From: Candidatus Eiseniibacteriota bacterium
GTDB lineage: Bacteria > Eisenbacteria > RBG-16-71-46 > CAVPCR01
Direction of reading: 5' to 3'
Assembly: GCA_963823555.1 (NCBI GenBank)
Contig: CAWGMA010000003.1
Location: forward strand, 768,001-832,000
Length of the DNA stretch: 64,000 bases
Within the stretch, counting starts at the first letter, position 1. Every line of letters begins with the position of its first letter. The notes under the pieces are model-generated. The model worked only from the letters and a program-made list of their open reading frames with translations, did not search any database and was not told where the DNA came from. The position numbers were made by a program, and so were the translations under genes. This document shows positions 38,668-47,524 of this stretch, in pieces.

Positions 38668-39231
38668 ATGAGGCCGTCCCGGTCCGTAGCATGCGTTTTC
38701 ATCCTCCTCGCTGCGCTCGTTCTGACGTTGCCTGTCCATGCCCAGCAGGTCTGCGACGGGGTCGGAGCGACGTGTAACCTCGAGGATCTCGGACAGGGGC
38801 AGTACCGGTTCACGTTTGTCGTGACCAACGACAGTCCCCAGGGAAACGCCATCTTCAAATGGAACGTGGGTCCGCCCCACATTGCAGCCGAATGGGTGAC
38901 GGTCTCGTTCAATCTGCCAGCCGGTTGGACGGGCAACCATCCCGACCATCATCTGGACTTCCAGACCGGTAACGGCAACGGCACGCCGACGCGCATCTTC
39001 AGCCCGGGTGCTGTTGGCTGTGGAGGCGCCGGGACCCTCACCTTCGAGTGGACCTTCGAGAACGTGGGCGGCCCGATTCCGGACTGCGCCGACTTCGATG
39101 ATCTGAGCTACACGTTCCACATCCAGCCGCTCTCGTCGTGCAACAACGTCGGTATCACCTTCGTCTGCCCGGGGCTGCTCCCCGTCGAGCAGGCGACCTG
39201 GGGCTCGATCAAGAGCGTGTACCGGAACTAG
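38668..39231 (+). CDS. Secreted Cys-containing protein with C-terminal VEQATWGSIK tail
   Basis: AGGAGG RBS, signal peptide ending VHA, C-terminal TWG motif. Confidence 0.85.
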   Translation: MRPSRSVACVFILLAALVLTLPVHAQQVCDGVGATCNLEDLGQGQYRFTFVVTNDSPQGNAIFKWNVGPPHIAAEWVTVSFNLPAGWTGNHPDHHLDFQTGNGNGTPTRIFSPGAVGCGGAGTLTFEWTFENVGGPIPDCADFDDLSYTFHIQPLSSCNNVGITFVCPGLLPVEQATWGSIKSVYRN

Positions 39232-39258
39232 CGGTTGCGGTCTATCGGCCGCGGTCGT

Positions 39259-39876
39259 TCAGCCGCGACCGGCCCGGAGCGACCAGCCCAGCAGCAGGAG
39301 CCCGATCGCGGCGATCCAGCTCCCGGCAACACGCACGGCGATGCGGGTCCAGGCGACCCGGAGCGAGACCACGAGCGCGGCGGTAAGGGACACGACGACG
39401 AAGAGCGCGCTCACGCTGCCCAGAAGCGCAACCACGCCGACGCGCGCCACCGCATAGGACGACCCGTTCAGGTAGCCATGGACGAGCCCGAGCCCGAGGG
39501 CGAGGGCGGCAACCCATTCGGGCTCGAGACGGGCGTCCGCGGCCACGAACCCCCCGAGCGCGATGAACGTGATCGTGGTCAGCGCGGGGAGATCGGTCCA
39601 CGAGGGCAGGGCCAGGCCCAGGAGGCCGCCCACGAACCATGATGCCGGCAGGAGGAAGAAGGTGAGCCTTCCTGCCCGCACCCCACGGAGTCCGGCCAGC
39701 AGCGCGAGAGCGAGCGCCGACAGGAAGTCCTCGGGCGTTCCCATGAAGTGCGAGATGCCGTCGTAGTAGGGACCGAGGCCGGTGTTCGTGAGGTGGGCCA
39801 AGGCCTGTTGCGGCGAAAGGGCGAGCCCGGCCATGGCCATGATCACGACCAACCGCCGGCTCCGCCGCGCCACCAT
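39259..39876 (-). CDS. HupE/UreJ family protein (divergent)
   Basis: Signal peptide then ALAH, DGISHF, GLVHGYLNG, RVAGSWIAAIG; start placed at ATG 39876. Confidence 0.8.
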   Translation of the reverse strand: MVARRSRRLVVIMAMAGLALSPQQALAHLTNTGLGPYYDGISHFMGTPEDFLSALALALLAGLRGVRAGRLTFFLLPASWFVGGLLGLALPSWTDLPALTTITFIALGGFVAADARLEPEWVAALALGLGLVHGYLNGSSYAVARVGVVALLGSVSALFVVVSLTAALVVSLRVAWTRIAVRVAGSWIAAIGLLLLGWSLRAGRG

Positions 39877-39881
39877 TCCTC

Positions 39882-40490
39882 TCACGTGATCGCCCCCCGG
39901 AGAAAGATGACCCCGGCGGTTGCAACGAGCGCGCCGGCGAGGCGCAGCAACAGCCGTCCCCATCTCCAGCGATGGACGACGCCGATCGTGATGCCCAGGG
40001 CATGGAGCATCCCGGTCGCCACCACGAACCCGATGCTGTAGAGAAGCCCGCTCGCTCCCGGCGGCAGCTCGCTGCCATGGGCGTGGCCGTGGAAGATGGC
40101 AAAGAAGCCGACCATGATCGCCGCCATCCAGAGCGGCGGGTGCGCCTCCAGCATGACGGCCATGCCGAGGAGGATCGCCGAGAGCGCGATGCCGATCTCG
40201 ACTCCGGGCACGGCCACGCCGGCGAGTCCGAGCATGCCACCGAAGGCCATGACGATGGGAAACGTCACGGGCAGGATCCACACCGCGGGTGCGCCGAGCT
40301 GAGCCCCCCAGAGACCTACCGAGATCATCGCCAGCACGTGGTCGAGCCCGGAGACCGGATGGCGGAGTCCGGCGAGGAGACCCTCCGCCCGTCCCTGTCC
40401 CACGTGCGCCAGGGCCGCTACCGGCCAGAGCGCTGCCGCCGCGGCCAAGGCCAGACCCAGCCCCCGTTCCCGGTGTGGCCTGCCTCTCAT
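39882..40490 (-). CDS. HupE/UreJ family nickel transporter-like protein
   Basis: ALAH, GLRHPVSGLDHVLAM, FHGHAHGSELP, GFVVATGMLH. Confidence 0.92.
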   Translation of the reverse strand: MRGRPHRERGLGLALAAAAALWPVAALAHVGQGRAEGLLAGLRHPVSGLDHVLAMISVGLWGAQLGAPAVWILPVTFPIVMAFGGMLGLAGVAVPGVEIGIALSAILLGMAVMLEAHPPLWMAAIMVGFFAIFHGHAHGSELPPGASGLLYSIGFVVATGMLHALGITIGVVHRWRWGRLLLRLAGALVATAGVIFLRGAIT

Positions 40491-41497
40491 CGCAGCATCC
40501 CCAGGAGGATGAGCGTGCGTTGGATGGTCCAGTAAGCCCCGAGTGTTCCGACCGCGTATCCGGGCAGCGCGGTCACGAACGAAGGCCAGCGGACTTCGAG
40601 GACGCGGAAGGAGCGCGCCAGGAGGAGGACGGTCAGGACGAAGAAGATCTGCCCGATCTCGACCCCGACATTGAACAGCAGGAGCGCGAGCGGGATCTCG
40701 GCCTGGGGAAGGCCCATGGCCGTGAGTCCGCTGGCGAAGCCGAAGCCATGCAGCAGACCGAAGGCGAAGGCCACGACCCAGGGATGGCGGATCGTGAAGC
40801 TCGATTCGCCGCGCCAGGTGCGCACGATCTCGGGCCCCAGGAAGAGGATGCTCAGGGCGATGGCGGCGTTGAGCGGGGGCAGGGGAGCGCTGGCATAGCC
40901 CAGGGTGGCGATCGCCAGCGTGATGCTGTGAGCGAGGGTGAAGGAGGTGATCGTCTTCACCAGCATCCAGCGGTTGCTGACGATCAGGACCAGGCCGAGC
41001 ACGAACAAGAGGTGATCGATGCCGAGCAGGATGTGCTCGATGCCGAGGCGAACGTAGGAGAGGGCGCGCTGGCCGGCGGTGGTGACACCGCCGAGGGTCG
41101 CCGCGGGGTTGGTGGGCCGCAAGAGGTGGCTTTCGAGACGGCCGTCGGCGTGATGGACGCGCACGAGGACATCGGTGACCGTGGCCTCCAGGCCTGCGAT
41201 GCGGAACGTCTTGCCGGCGATTCCTCCCTCGCAGGTCAGTGTGCCGCGGACGAGAACCGCTCCCGGGGTCGGCTGCTGTCGATCGGGCGTCGTGAGCTTG
41301 CAGCCGTCGGGAATCACGGGCGCGATCTGGATCTCGACCTCGCCGCCGGTCGGCTTCTTCCACAGGAAGGAGTACGTGCCGGGTCCCGTTTCGCGCAGTT
41401 CGAGGAAGCCCGGGCGGACTTCGTGCGCGTAGGCCGCGGCAGCGAGGCTCAGGGTCGAGAACAGGGTCAGGATGGTGATCGAGTGACGAGGACTCAT
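40487..41497 (-). CDS. HupE/UreJ family protein (HupE_UreJ_2 type with periplasmic N-domain)
   Basis: AHEVRPG, GIEHILLGIDHLLFV, FTLAHSITL, FGLLHGFGFA, FNVGVEIGQ. Confidence 0.9.
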   Translation of the reverse strand: MSPRHSITILTLFSTLSLAAAAYAHEVRPGFLELRETGPGTYSFLWKKPTGGEVEIQIAPVIPDGCKLTTPDRQQPTPGAVLVRGTLTCEGGIAGKTFRIAGLEATVTDVLVRVHHADGRLESHLLRPTNPAATLGGVTTAGQRALSYVRLGIEHILLGIDHLLFVLGLVLIVSNRWMLVKTITSFTLAHSITLAIATLGYASAPLPPLNAAIALSILFLGPEIVRTWRGESSFTIRHPWVVAFAFGLLHGFGFASGLTAMGLPQAEIPLALLLFNVGVEIGQIFFVLTVLLLARSFRVLEVRWPSFVTALPGYAVGTLGAYWTIQRTLILLGMLR

Positions 41498-42375
41498 GGC
41501 GAAGTGCTGGAGAGGCCTCTGGTCGAGTCATCCATACCGGCCTTGGGCCTCTCGACGACCACGACGTATTTCTCGAGCAGCCGTTCGTACATGGCGTTGA
41601 GCTCCTGTTTCCGCCTCTCGGCGAGGAACTCCCGCTCGACGGCGGGACGCACGCGGGACAGGTCGGGAAGCGATCCCTCGCTGTGCCGGCGAACGAGCAC
41701 GAGATGGATGCCGAAGCCGGATTCGATGGGACCGGTCCACTGCCCGGGCTCGATCGCGAGTAGCCGTTCGGCGAAATCCGGGCCGAAGACCCGGGAAACG
41801 TCGCTCACCGGAGCGAGGGGGAATTCGGGAGGCAGCATGGTCGGGTCGCCGAGCTGGTCGGTCGCCGCGTCAGGACCGGCCGCGGTGACCCGCGCGAGAA
41901 GGCGCTCAGCATCCGCCTCCGTTGCCCCGCCGCGGCGCTCGCGGCTCAGGTAGACCTGCCTGAACTCGATCTGGGGCTCGATCCGAAATGCATCCGCGTG
42001 GTTCTCGAGCCACGACTCGAGCTCGACGTCGGTGGGCTGAACCGTCTCGACCGCATCCTCGACCAGGAACTCGAGCTTCTGGCGGAGCCGCCGGCGGATG
42101 ATCGTGTCATCACGATCGAGGCCCATGGCCGTGGCCTCACGGACCGCGATTTCCTCACGCACATGGTCGTCGATCAGGCCCTTGATCTCGGCCTCGGTGG
42201 GCGGGCGCTGCCAGGTGCGCATGAAGCCCGCGGTCAGGTGCTCGATCAAGCCGGGAGTCAGGACGATCCGGTTCGACCCCGGACCGGTCCCGCTCCACTG
42301 GAAGAGGAGAAAGAGCGCAGCGCCGAGGGCCAGGAACTGGACAAGCGGTTCATGAAGCAGTCTTGGGGCGCGCAT
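41494..42375 (-). CDS. PpiC-type (rotamase) peptidyl-prolyl isomerase
   Basis: EPLVQFL..GAALF, REA..MGLDRDD.IIRRRL.QK, WTGPIESGFGIHLV. Confidence 0.85.
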   Translation of the reverse strand: MRAPRLLHEPLVQFLALGAALFLLFQWSGTGPGSNRIVLTPGLIEHLTAGFMRTWQRPPTEAEIKGLIDDHVREEIAVREATAMGLDRDDTIIRRRLRQKLEFLVEDAVETVQPTDVELESWLENHADAFRIEPQIEFRQVYLSRERRGGATEADAERLLARVTAAGPDAATDQLGDPTMLPPEFPLAPVSDVSRVFGPDFAERLLAIEPGQWTGPIESGFGIHLVLVRRHSEGSLPDLSRVRPAVEREFLAERRKQELNAMYERLLEKYVVVVERPKAGMDDSTRGLSSTSP

Positions 42376-42565
42376 ACGGCAGGGGAGTCTAGCCGACGAT
42401 CGCAATGCGTGCCAGCACGCTGGCTGACTTGCTGTTTCACGCGAATGTCCGCCAATTGTCCCAGATCGGCATCGGGCTCCGTGCTAGGCTACCGGCGGGA
42501 CTTACCCGGACCCGCTTGCGGTGGCCGCCTTGATGCTATCGGTGTGACTTCGGGGAGGAGAGGTC

Positions 42566-44614
42566 GTGGTGAGCAGTTCGACACATATCGAGCAGGTGGC
42601 GGTCATCGGTGCCGGCAGCATGGGAAGCGGCATTGCCCAGAAGATCGCCACCGAGGGCTACCCTGTCGTCCTGGTTGATGTCGATGAGCGCCAGGTGGCG
42701 CGGGGGATGGAGCGACTCAAGAGCACGCTCGACGAGGGCGTGGCGAGACAGGTCTTCAGCCCGGCCCGAGCCGGAGAGATCCTCTCCCGCATCACGCCGG
42801 CGACAACCCTCGAGGCGGCCAGCCACTCCGATCTCGTCATCGAGGCCGTGTTCGAGGATCTGGTGGTCAAGCGCGATCTCTTCGCGCATCTCGACGGGCT
42901 TTGCAAGCCCGAGACCATCATGGCCACCAACACCTCCTCCTTCTATGTCGGTGATCTCGCCCGCAGCACCATGCGGCCGGACCGCTTCATCGGGCTCCAC
43001 TACTTCTACCATCCGGCGAAGAACCGCCTGGTCGAGGTGATTCCCGGTGAGGACACCGCTCCCGAGGTCTTCGCGCTGGCGTGGCGATTTCAGGAAGTCA
43101 TCGGCAAGACGCCGATCCGATCCGCCGATGCGCCCGGATTCATCGTCAACCGCTACTTCGTTCCCTGGCTCAATGAGGCGGTGCGGCTGGTCGAGGAAGG
43201 GGCCACTGATATCCCCACGGTCGAGACCGTGGCCAAGCGGTGCTTCGCGATCGGCATGGGGCCCTTCGAGCTGATGAACGTGACGGGAATTCCCATCGCC
43301 TACCACGCGGCGACCACGCTCGGCGATGAACTGGGGTCCTTCTATGCACCGGCAGACTTGTTGCGAACTCAGGTCGAGAGCGGAGGGCCGTGGCCTCTCG
43401 AAGGGAGGGTCACGCCGGGGCGCGAGGCGGCGGTGGCGGATCGGTTGCTGGCGGTGACCTTCCTGGTCGCTGGTGAGCTGATCGACGAAGGCATATGCAC
43501 GATGGAGGACTGTGACATCGGGGCGCGGGTGGGGCTGCGCTGGGCCCTGGGGCCGTTCGAGCTCATGAACCGCGAGGGCATCGCCCGCTCCGTGAATCTC
43601 GTCTCGCAATATGCCGCCGCCAATGGTCTCACGGTGCCGCAGGTGCTCTCGGAGCAGAAGCGGCGGGCGGAGCCGTTCCGCCTCGCCACGGTGCGCCGGG
43701 AAGTGCGCGATGGTGTTGCGACCATCACGATCAACCGTCCCGACGCCTTGAACGCCTTGAACGAGGAAGTCGTGGCCCAGCTCGAGGGCGCCGTGCGCGC
43801 GGCGATTGACGATCGAAACGTGCGCGGGATCGTCATCACTGGGGCTGGCAAGGCGTTCATGGCCGGCGCCGATCTCAAGTTCTTCATCAAGAACATGGAA
43901 CGGGGAGATCTCGCGGCGATCCGTCGTTTCACGGAGCGGGCTCAAGCTGTTCTCGCCATGATCGACGAGTCTCCGAAGACCGTCGTCTGCCAGATGAACG
44001 GTCTTGCACTGGGTGGCGGGGTGGAGCTGGCGCTCGCCTGTGACTACATCGTGGCGGCGGATCGCGCCGCCCTCGCCTTTCCTGAGACGGGAATCGGCAT
44101 CTATCCCGGGCTCGGAGGGACGCAGCGCACGCGCCAGCGCGTCGGCCGCGAGATCACCAAGTACCTGATCTACAGCGGTGACATGATCGCGGCGCGCGCC
44201 GCCGCTGAGCTCGGTCTCGTCGATGCGACGGTGCCGCCGGCTGACCTCGAGTCGGCCGCTCGCGCGATCGCGCTGAGCAAGCCGCCGGTCAGCGAGCGGC
44301 AAGCGATGGCCCCCACGGAACAGTGGCGAGAAGTCGCTGATTTCTGCGCGAAGGAGCCGGTGGCGTCCATGCTGGCCGGCGCGACAGGTGGAAAGGGCGA
44401 CGTGCTCGATCGCTTCCTCCGGCGGATGAAGGGCAAGGCTCCGCTGGCCCTGCGCTTCGCCGAGGAGATCATCGATGGGGGAGTCGATCTGCCCCTCACC
44501 GAAGGTCTGGCTCTCGAGCTCACGCATCTGGAGGACGTCTTCCGGAGCGAGGATGCGCTGGCGGGGATGAGGGCGGTGAGCGGCGGGACGAAGCCGGAGT
44601 TCAAGGGACGGTAG
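42566..44614 (+). CDS. 3-hydroxyacyl-CoA dehydrogenase / enoyl-CoA hydratase fusion (dehydrogenase N-terminal)
   Basis: GAGSMGSGIA, IEAVFED, TNTSS, GLHYFYHP, GFIVNR; C-terminal crotonase AGAD, LGGGVELALACD, PETGIG. Confidence 0.93.
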   Translation: MVSSSTHIEQVAVIGAGSMGSGIAQKIATEGYPVVLVDVDERQVARGMERLKSTLDEGVARQVFSPARAGEILSRITPATTLEAASHSDLVIEAVFEDLVVKRDLFAHLDGLCKPETIMATNTSSFYVGDLARSTMRPDRFIGLHYFYHPAKNRLVEVIPGEDTAPEVFALAWRFQEVIGKTPIRSADAPGFIVNRYFVPWLNEAVRLVEEGATDIPTVETVAKRCFAIGMGPFELMNVTGIPIAYHAATTLGDELGSFYAPADLLRTQVESGGPWPLEGRVTPGREAAVADRLLAVTFLVAGELIDEGICTMEDCDIGARVGLRWALGPFELMNREGIARSVNLVSQYAAANGLTVPQVLSEQKRRAEPFRLATVRREVRDGVATITINRPDALNALNEEVVAQLEGAVRAAIDDRNVRGIVITGAGKAFMAGADLKFFIKNMERGDLAAIRRFTERAQAVLAMIDESPKTVVCQMNGLALGGGVELALACDYIVAADRAALAFPETGIGIYPGLGGTQRTRQRVGREITKYLIYSGDMIAARAAAELGLVDATVPPADLESAARAIALSKPPVSERQAMAPTEQWREVADFCAKEPVASMLAGATGGKGDVLDRFLRRMKGKAPLALRFAEEIIDGGVDLPLTEGLALELTHLEDVFRSEDALAGMRAVSGGTKPEFKGR

Positions 44615-44665
44615 GCCCCCGCGGCTCCATCCTTTAGAATGGGAGGGTAGCGTGGGGCTTCGAGT

Positions 44666-44742
44666 CGGGGCGTAGCGCAGCCCGGTAGCGCATCTGCTTT
44701 GGGAGCAGAGGGTCGCCGGTTCAAATCCGGCCGCCCCGACCA
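44666..44742 (+). tRNA. tRNA-Pro(TGG)
   Basis: CGGGGCG acceptor stem, anticodon arm TCTGC-TTTGGGA-GCAGA, T-arm GGTTCAAATCC, encoded CCA; 77 nt. Confidence 0.97.
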
Positions 44743-44900
44743 CCTCACAGGTCGAATCCGAGAAACCGGACCCCCACCAGCCGGGTTTTCCCTGGGGAGG
44801 CTCGCCGGGACGGCTCAACCCGGCTCGCGGCCGGCCGATAACCCAGGGGGAGTCTCCAGGGTGGAGGCGCCCAGGTTCCAAGCCTGGGGAGGTGGGTGCC

Positions 44901-45566
44901 ATGGCTCGGATGTCCAAGATCCCCTTGGCCTTCGGTCTCCTTGCGATCTCGTTCCTGGCCATCGCGGTGCTGCCGTGGGCTGCTCACGCCGGTGAGGTGG
45001 TCGGCCGGATCGACATTCCCGCGCCGCAGATCAAGGCCAGCCTGGGCACTCCCGGTCTGCTCTCTGCCGGCGACCTCGCGGGCGCGGCGGCGGATCCGGT
45101 GCTCATCTATGTGGCCGAGGCATCGGGGCCGCTCGAGCGCACTCCCACCACCGATGCGCGCCTGCGCATCGCCGGCGGCAAGATCAGCCCGGCGCTGATC
45201 GCGCTCGGCCTCGGCAGCGTTCTCACCATCGAGAATGCCGATGGGCGACCGCACCGGATCGTCGCCCGCAGCGGGCCCCAGCCCTGTGACCTGGGCGATC
45301 TCGCTCGCGGCGGAGTCTGTCGCTTCGAAGCGAAGCAGACCGGAGTGATCCCGATCCGCTGTGGGCTGCACAAGGACCTGTCTGCGGAGATCGTCGTCCT
45401 CGCGCACGCCGCCTTCACGATTGTCGGTGGCGACGGTTCCTATCGTCTTCCGCAGCTCCCGCCGGGTCACGCCACCATCGTCGCCTACAGCCCGCACCTC
45501 GGCGAGATCTCGCGCGAAGTCGAGGTTCCCGAGAGCGGCGAGGTCGAGGTGAGCTTCGCCTTCTAG
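44901..45566 (+). CDS. Exported protein with cupredoxin-like and carboxypeptidase-regulatory-like domains
   Basis: Signal peptide, N.D...H, CGLH motif, DGSYRLPQLPPG; GGAGGT RBS. Confidence 0.65.
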   Translation: MARMSKIPLAFGLLAISFLAIAVLPWAAHAGEVVGRIDIPAPQIKASLGTPGLLSAGDLAGAAADPVLIYVAEASGPLERTPTTDARLRIAGGKISPALIALGLGSVLTIENADGRPHRIVARSGPQPCDLGDLARGGVCRFEAKQTGVIPIRCGLHKDLSAEIVVLAHAAFTIVGGDGSYRLPQLPPGHATIVAYSPHLGEISREVEVPESGEVEVSFAF

Positions 45567-45715
45567 GATTCGAAGGAGCCCCGCTGGGCCGGGCCGGGCC
45601 GGGGATGGCCCGGGTTCCTGGCGGGTGTAGACTCAAAGGACGAGGAGTTCGCTCAAGGAGGGAGCGGCGCGGTTCCCATCCCCGCCGCACGTGCAGGGCA
45701 GCCGGGGGTGAAGCC

Positions 45716-46450
45716 ATGAGCAGCATTCAGCATATCGTGGATCGACAGCTGCGCCGATGGGAGGCGGAGCGCCTGGCCGCGCTCGAGGCGGTGCGGGGGG
45801 GGCGCGCGGCGCCTCGCGTCGAGCGCGTGCGGCCGACGGTGACGCTGTCTCGCCAGTCCGGGGTGCGAGGCGAGGCCATTGCGCGGGCTCTTGCCGAGCG
45901 CCTCGAGTACGGCGTGTTCGATCAGGAGATCATCGACTACATCGCCAGGAACAATGAAGTGCACCGGCAGATGTTGGAGATGCTGGACGAGCATACGGTA
46001 TCCAGCATCAAGCTGTGGGCGGAAGGTATCGTGCGCGGGCAGCATGTCGATCAGACCGATTTCTTGCGCTTCCTGTCGAAGACGGTGCGTGCCATTCATG
46101 CCCATGGCGGAGCGGTGATTCTCGGGCGAGGCGCCAATTTCCTCCTGGCGGATGCCCGGGCCTTCCGCGTCCAGCTGGTGGCACCGCTCGTCGAGCGGAT
46201 CAAGATCCTCATGGCCGAGCGAGATCTCGATGCGGAAACGGCTCGGCGCGAGATCATCGCCTCGGATGCGGCTCGCGGTGACTTCATTCGCCGCTTCTAC
46301 CACGCCGACTGGTGTGATCCGGCGGCGTACGATCTCACGCTCAACGTGTCCGGGTTCGGGATCGACACAGCGGCCGCCATCATCGAGCAGGCGATGAAGA
46401 GCGTGGTGGCCGCCCGCTGGCCGGATGCGGTCGCTGCCCGCCGCGGCTGA
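45716..46450 (+). CDS. Cytidylate kinase-like family protein
   Basis: TVTLSRQSG, VILGRGANF, R....D..R..F, W.DP..YDLTLN. Confidence 0.85.
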   Translation: MSSIQHIVDRQLRRWEAERLAALEAVRGGRAAPRVERVRPTVTLSRQSGVRGEAIARALAERLEYGVFDQEIIDYIARNNEVHRQMLEMLDEHTVSSIKLWAEGIVRGQHVDQTDFLRFLSKTVRAIHAHGGAVILGRGANFLLADARAFRVQLVAPLVERIKILMAERDLDAETARREIIASDAARGDFIRRFYHADWCDPAAYDLTLNVSGFGIDTAAAIIEQAMKSVVAARWPDAVAARRG

Positions 46451-46662
46451 TGGTCCGGAGAGCGATACCAGTCTTACGTGTAGTTATTGCCGTCACCTGC
46501 CCTGGGCTGTCAAAGTGATGGGGCCCCAGTCGAAGTTCCGGAGGGTGGGCGACGAGCTCGATCTCTCCTGCCCGAGTGCTTTCCGGACCCCTGCCCGCCT
46601 CCAGCGCCGGTCCATCGCCCGGGGGGGGTAATCAGGCTCGACGCGTCCCGGAGGAGTTCCCC

Positions 46663-47502
46663 ATGCGTCCGATCTGGAAAGGCTATCTCAAGCTCAGTCT
46701 GGTCACGGTCCCGGTGAAGGTCTATTCAGCGACTTCTTCCCAGAGTCTCTCCTTCAATCAGCTTCATTCGACCTGCAACTCGCGCATCAATTACACGAAG
46801 ACCTGTCCGATCCACGGTCCGGTTCCGAGCGAGGAGATCGTCCGCGGCTACGCCTACGAGAAGGACCGTTACGTGATCATGGACGAGGAGGAGCTGGCGA
46901 AGGTCAGGCTCGAGAGCACCAAGGCGATCTCGATCGTGCGCTTTGTCGATGCGCGCGAGATCGATCCCATCTACTACGGATCGGCCTACTATCTCGAGCC
47001 GGACGGACCGATCGCCCGCGATGCCTACGCCACCCTGCGGGAGGCGATGACGGGCCATGTCGCCATCGCCAAGGTCGTGCTCCGAGGCAAGGAGGATCTG
47101 GTGGCCGTGCGCGCCGCGGACGGCGTGCTGGTGATGAGCGCGCTCTACTATGCCGACGAGGTCCGCGGGATCGAGGAGCTCGAGGAACTCAAGGCGACGG
47201 CGAAGCCGGATGGCGAGGCGATCCAGCTCGCGCGCCAGCTCATCGGCGGCCTGTCCGGTCCTTTCGATCCCGCGCTGTACAAGGACGAGTACCGAGAGCA
47301 GTTGCTGGCCATCATCCAGGAGAAGATCGAGGGCCGGGAGGCGGTGGCGGCGGAAGCGGGACCGGAGCCTCTGCGCGTCGTCAACCTCATGGAAGCGCTC
47401 AAGAAGTCACTGGCGGCCGGAGCCGAGGCGCCGCCGCGAGTGAAGGCGGCGCCGGCCAAGGAAGTTCCCGACGAGCCGGTGCGCAAGCAGGCGAGTCAGT
47501 AG
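46663..47502 (+). CDS. ku: NHEJ DNA end-binding protein Ku
   Basis: MRPIWKGYLKLSLVTVPVKVYSAT, FNQLH, IDPIYY...YYL, YKDEYR, VNLMEALKKSL; GGAGGAG RBS. Confidence 0.96.
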   Translation: MRPIWKGYLKLSLVTVPVKVYSATSSQSLSFNQLHSTCNSRINYTKTCPIHGPVPSEEIVRGYAYEKDRYVIMDEEELAKVRLESTKAISIVRFVDAREIDPIYYGSAYYLEPDGPIARDAYATLREAMTGHVAIAKVVLRGKEDLVAVRAADGVLVMSALYYADEVRGIEELEELKATAKPDGEAIQLARQLIGGLSGPFDPALYKDEYREQLLAIIQEKIEGREAVAAEAGPEPLRVVNLMEALKKSLAAGAEAPPRVKAAPAKEVPDEPVRKQASQ

Positions 47503-47524
47503 GAATCACCGCGAAGGAGGGCGC

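Noticed and set aside
39242..41531. Programmed frameshift or fusion among the HupE/UreJ ORFs
   Set aside because: The long overlapping ORFs are upstream in-frame extensions; each gene has its own ATG, signal peptide and normal short overlap or gap.
42401..42415. Sigma54 promoter TGGCACGCATTGC upstream of the PPIase gene
   Set aside because: GG-to-GC spacing is 8 nt, not the required 10.
44666..44900. tRNA-Pro as an integration site for an island or prophage
   Set aside because: No integrase is adjacent, I saw no duplicated tRNA 3' end, and the downstream genes have host-like composition.
42536..44962. 808-aa minus-strand ORF
   Set aside because: It is antisense to the fatty-acid oxidation gene and to tRNA-Pro; VGAAGFEPAT is the typical translation of an antisense tRNA.
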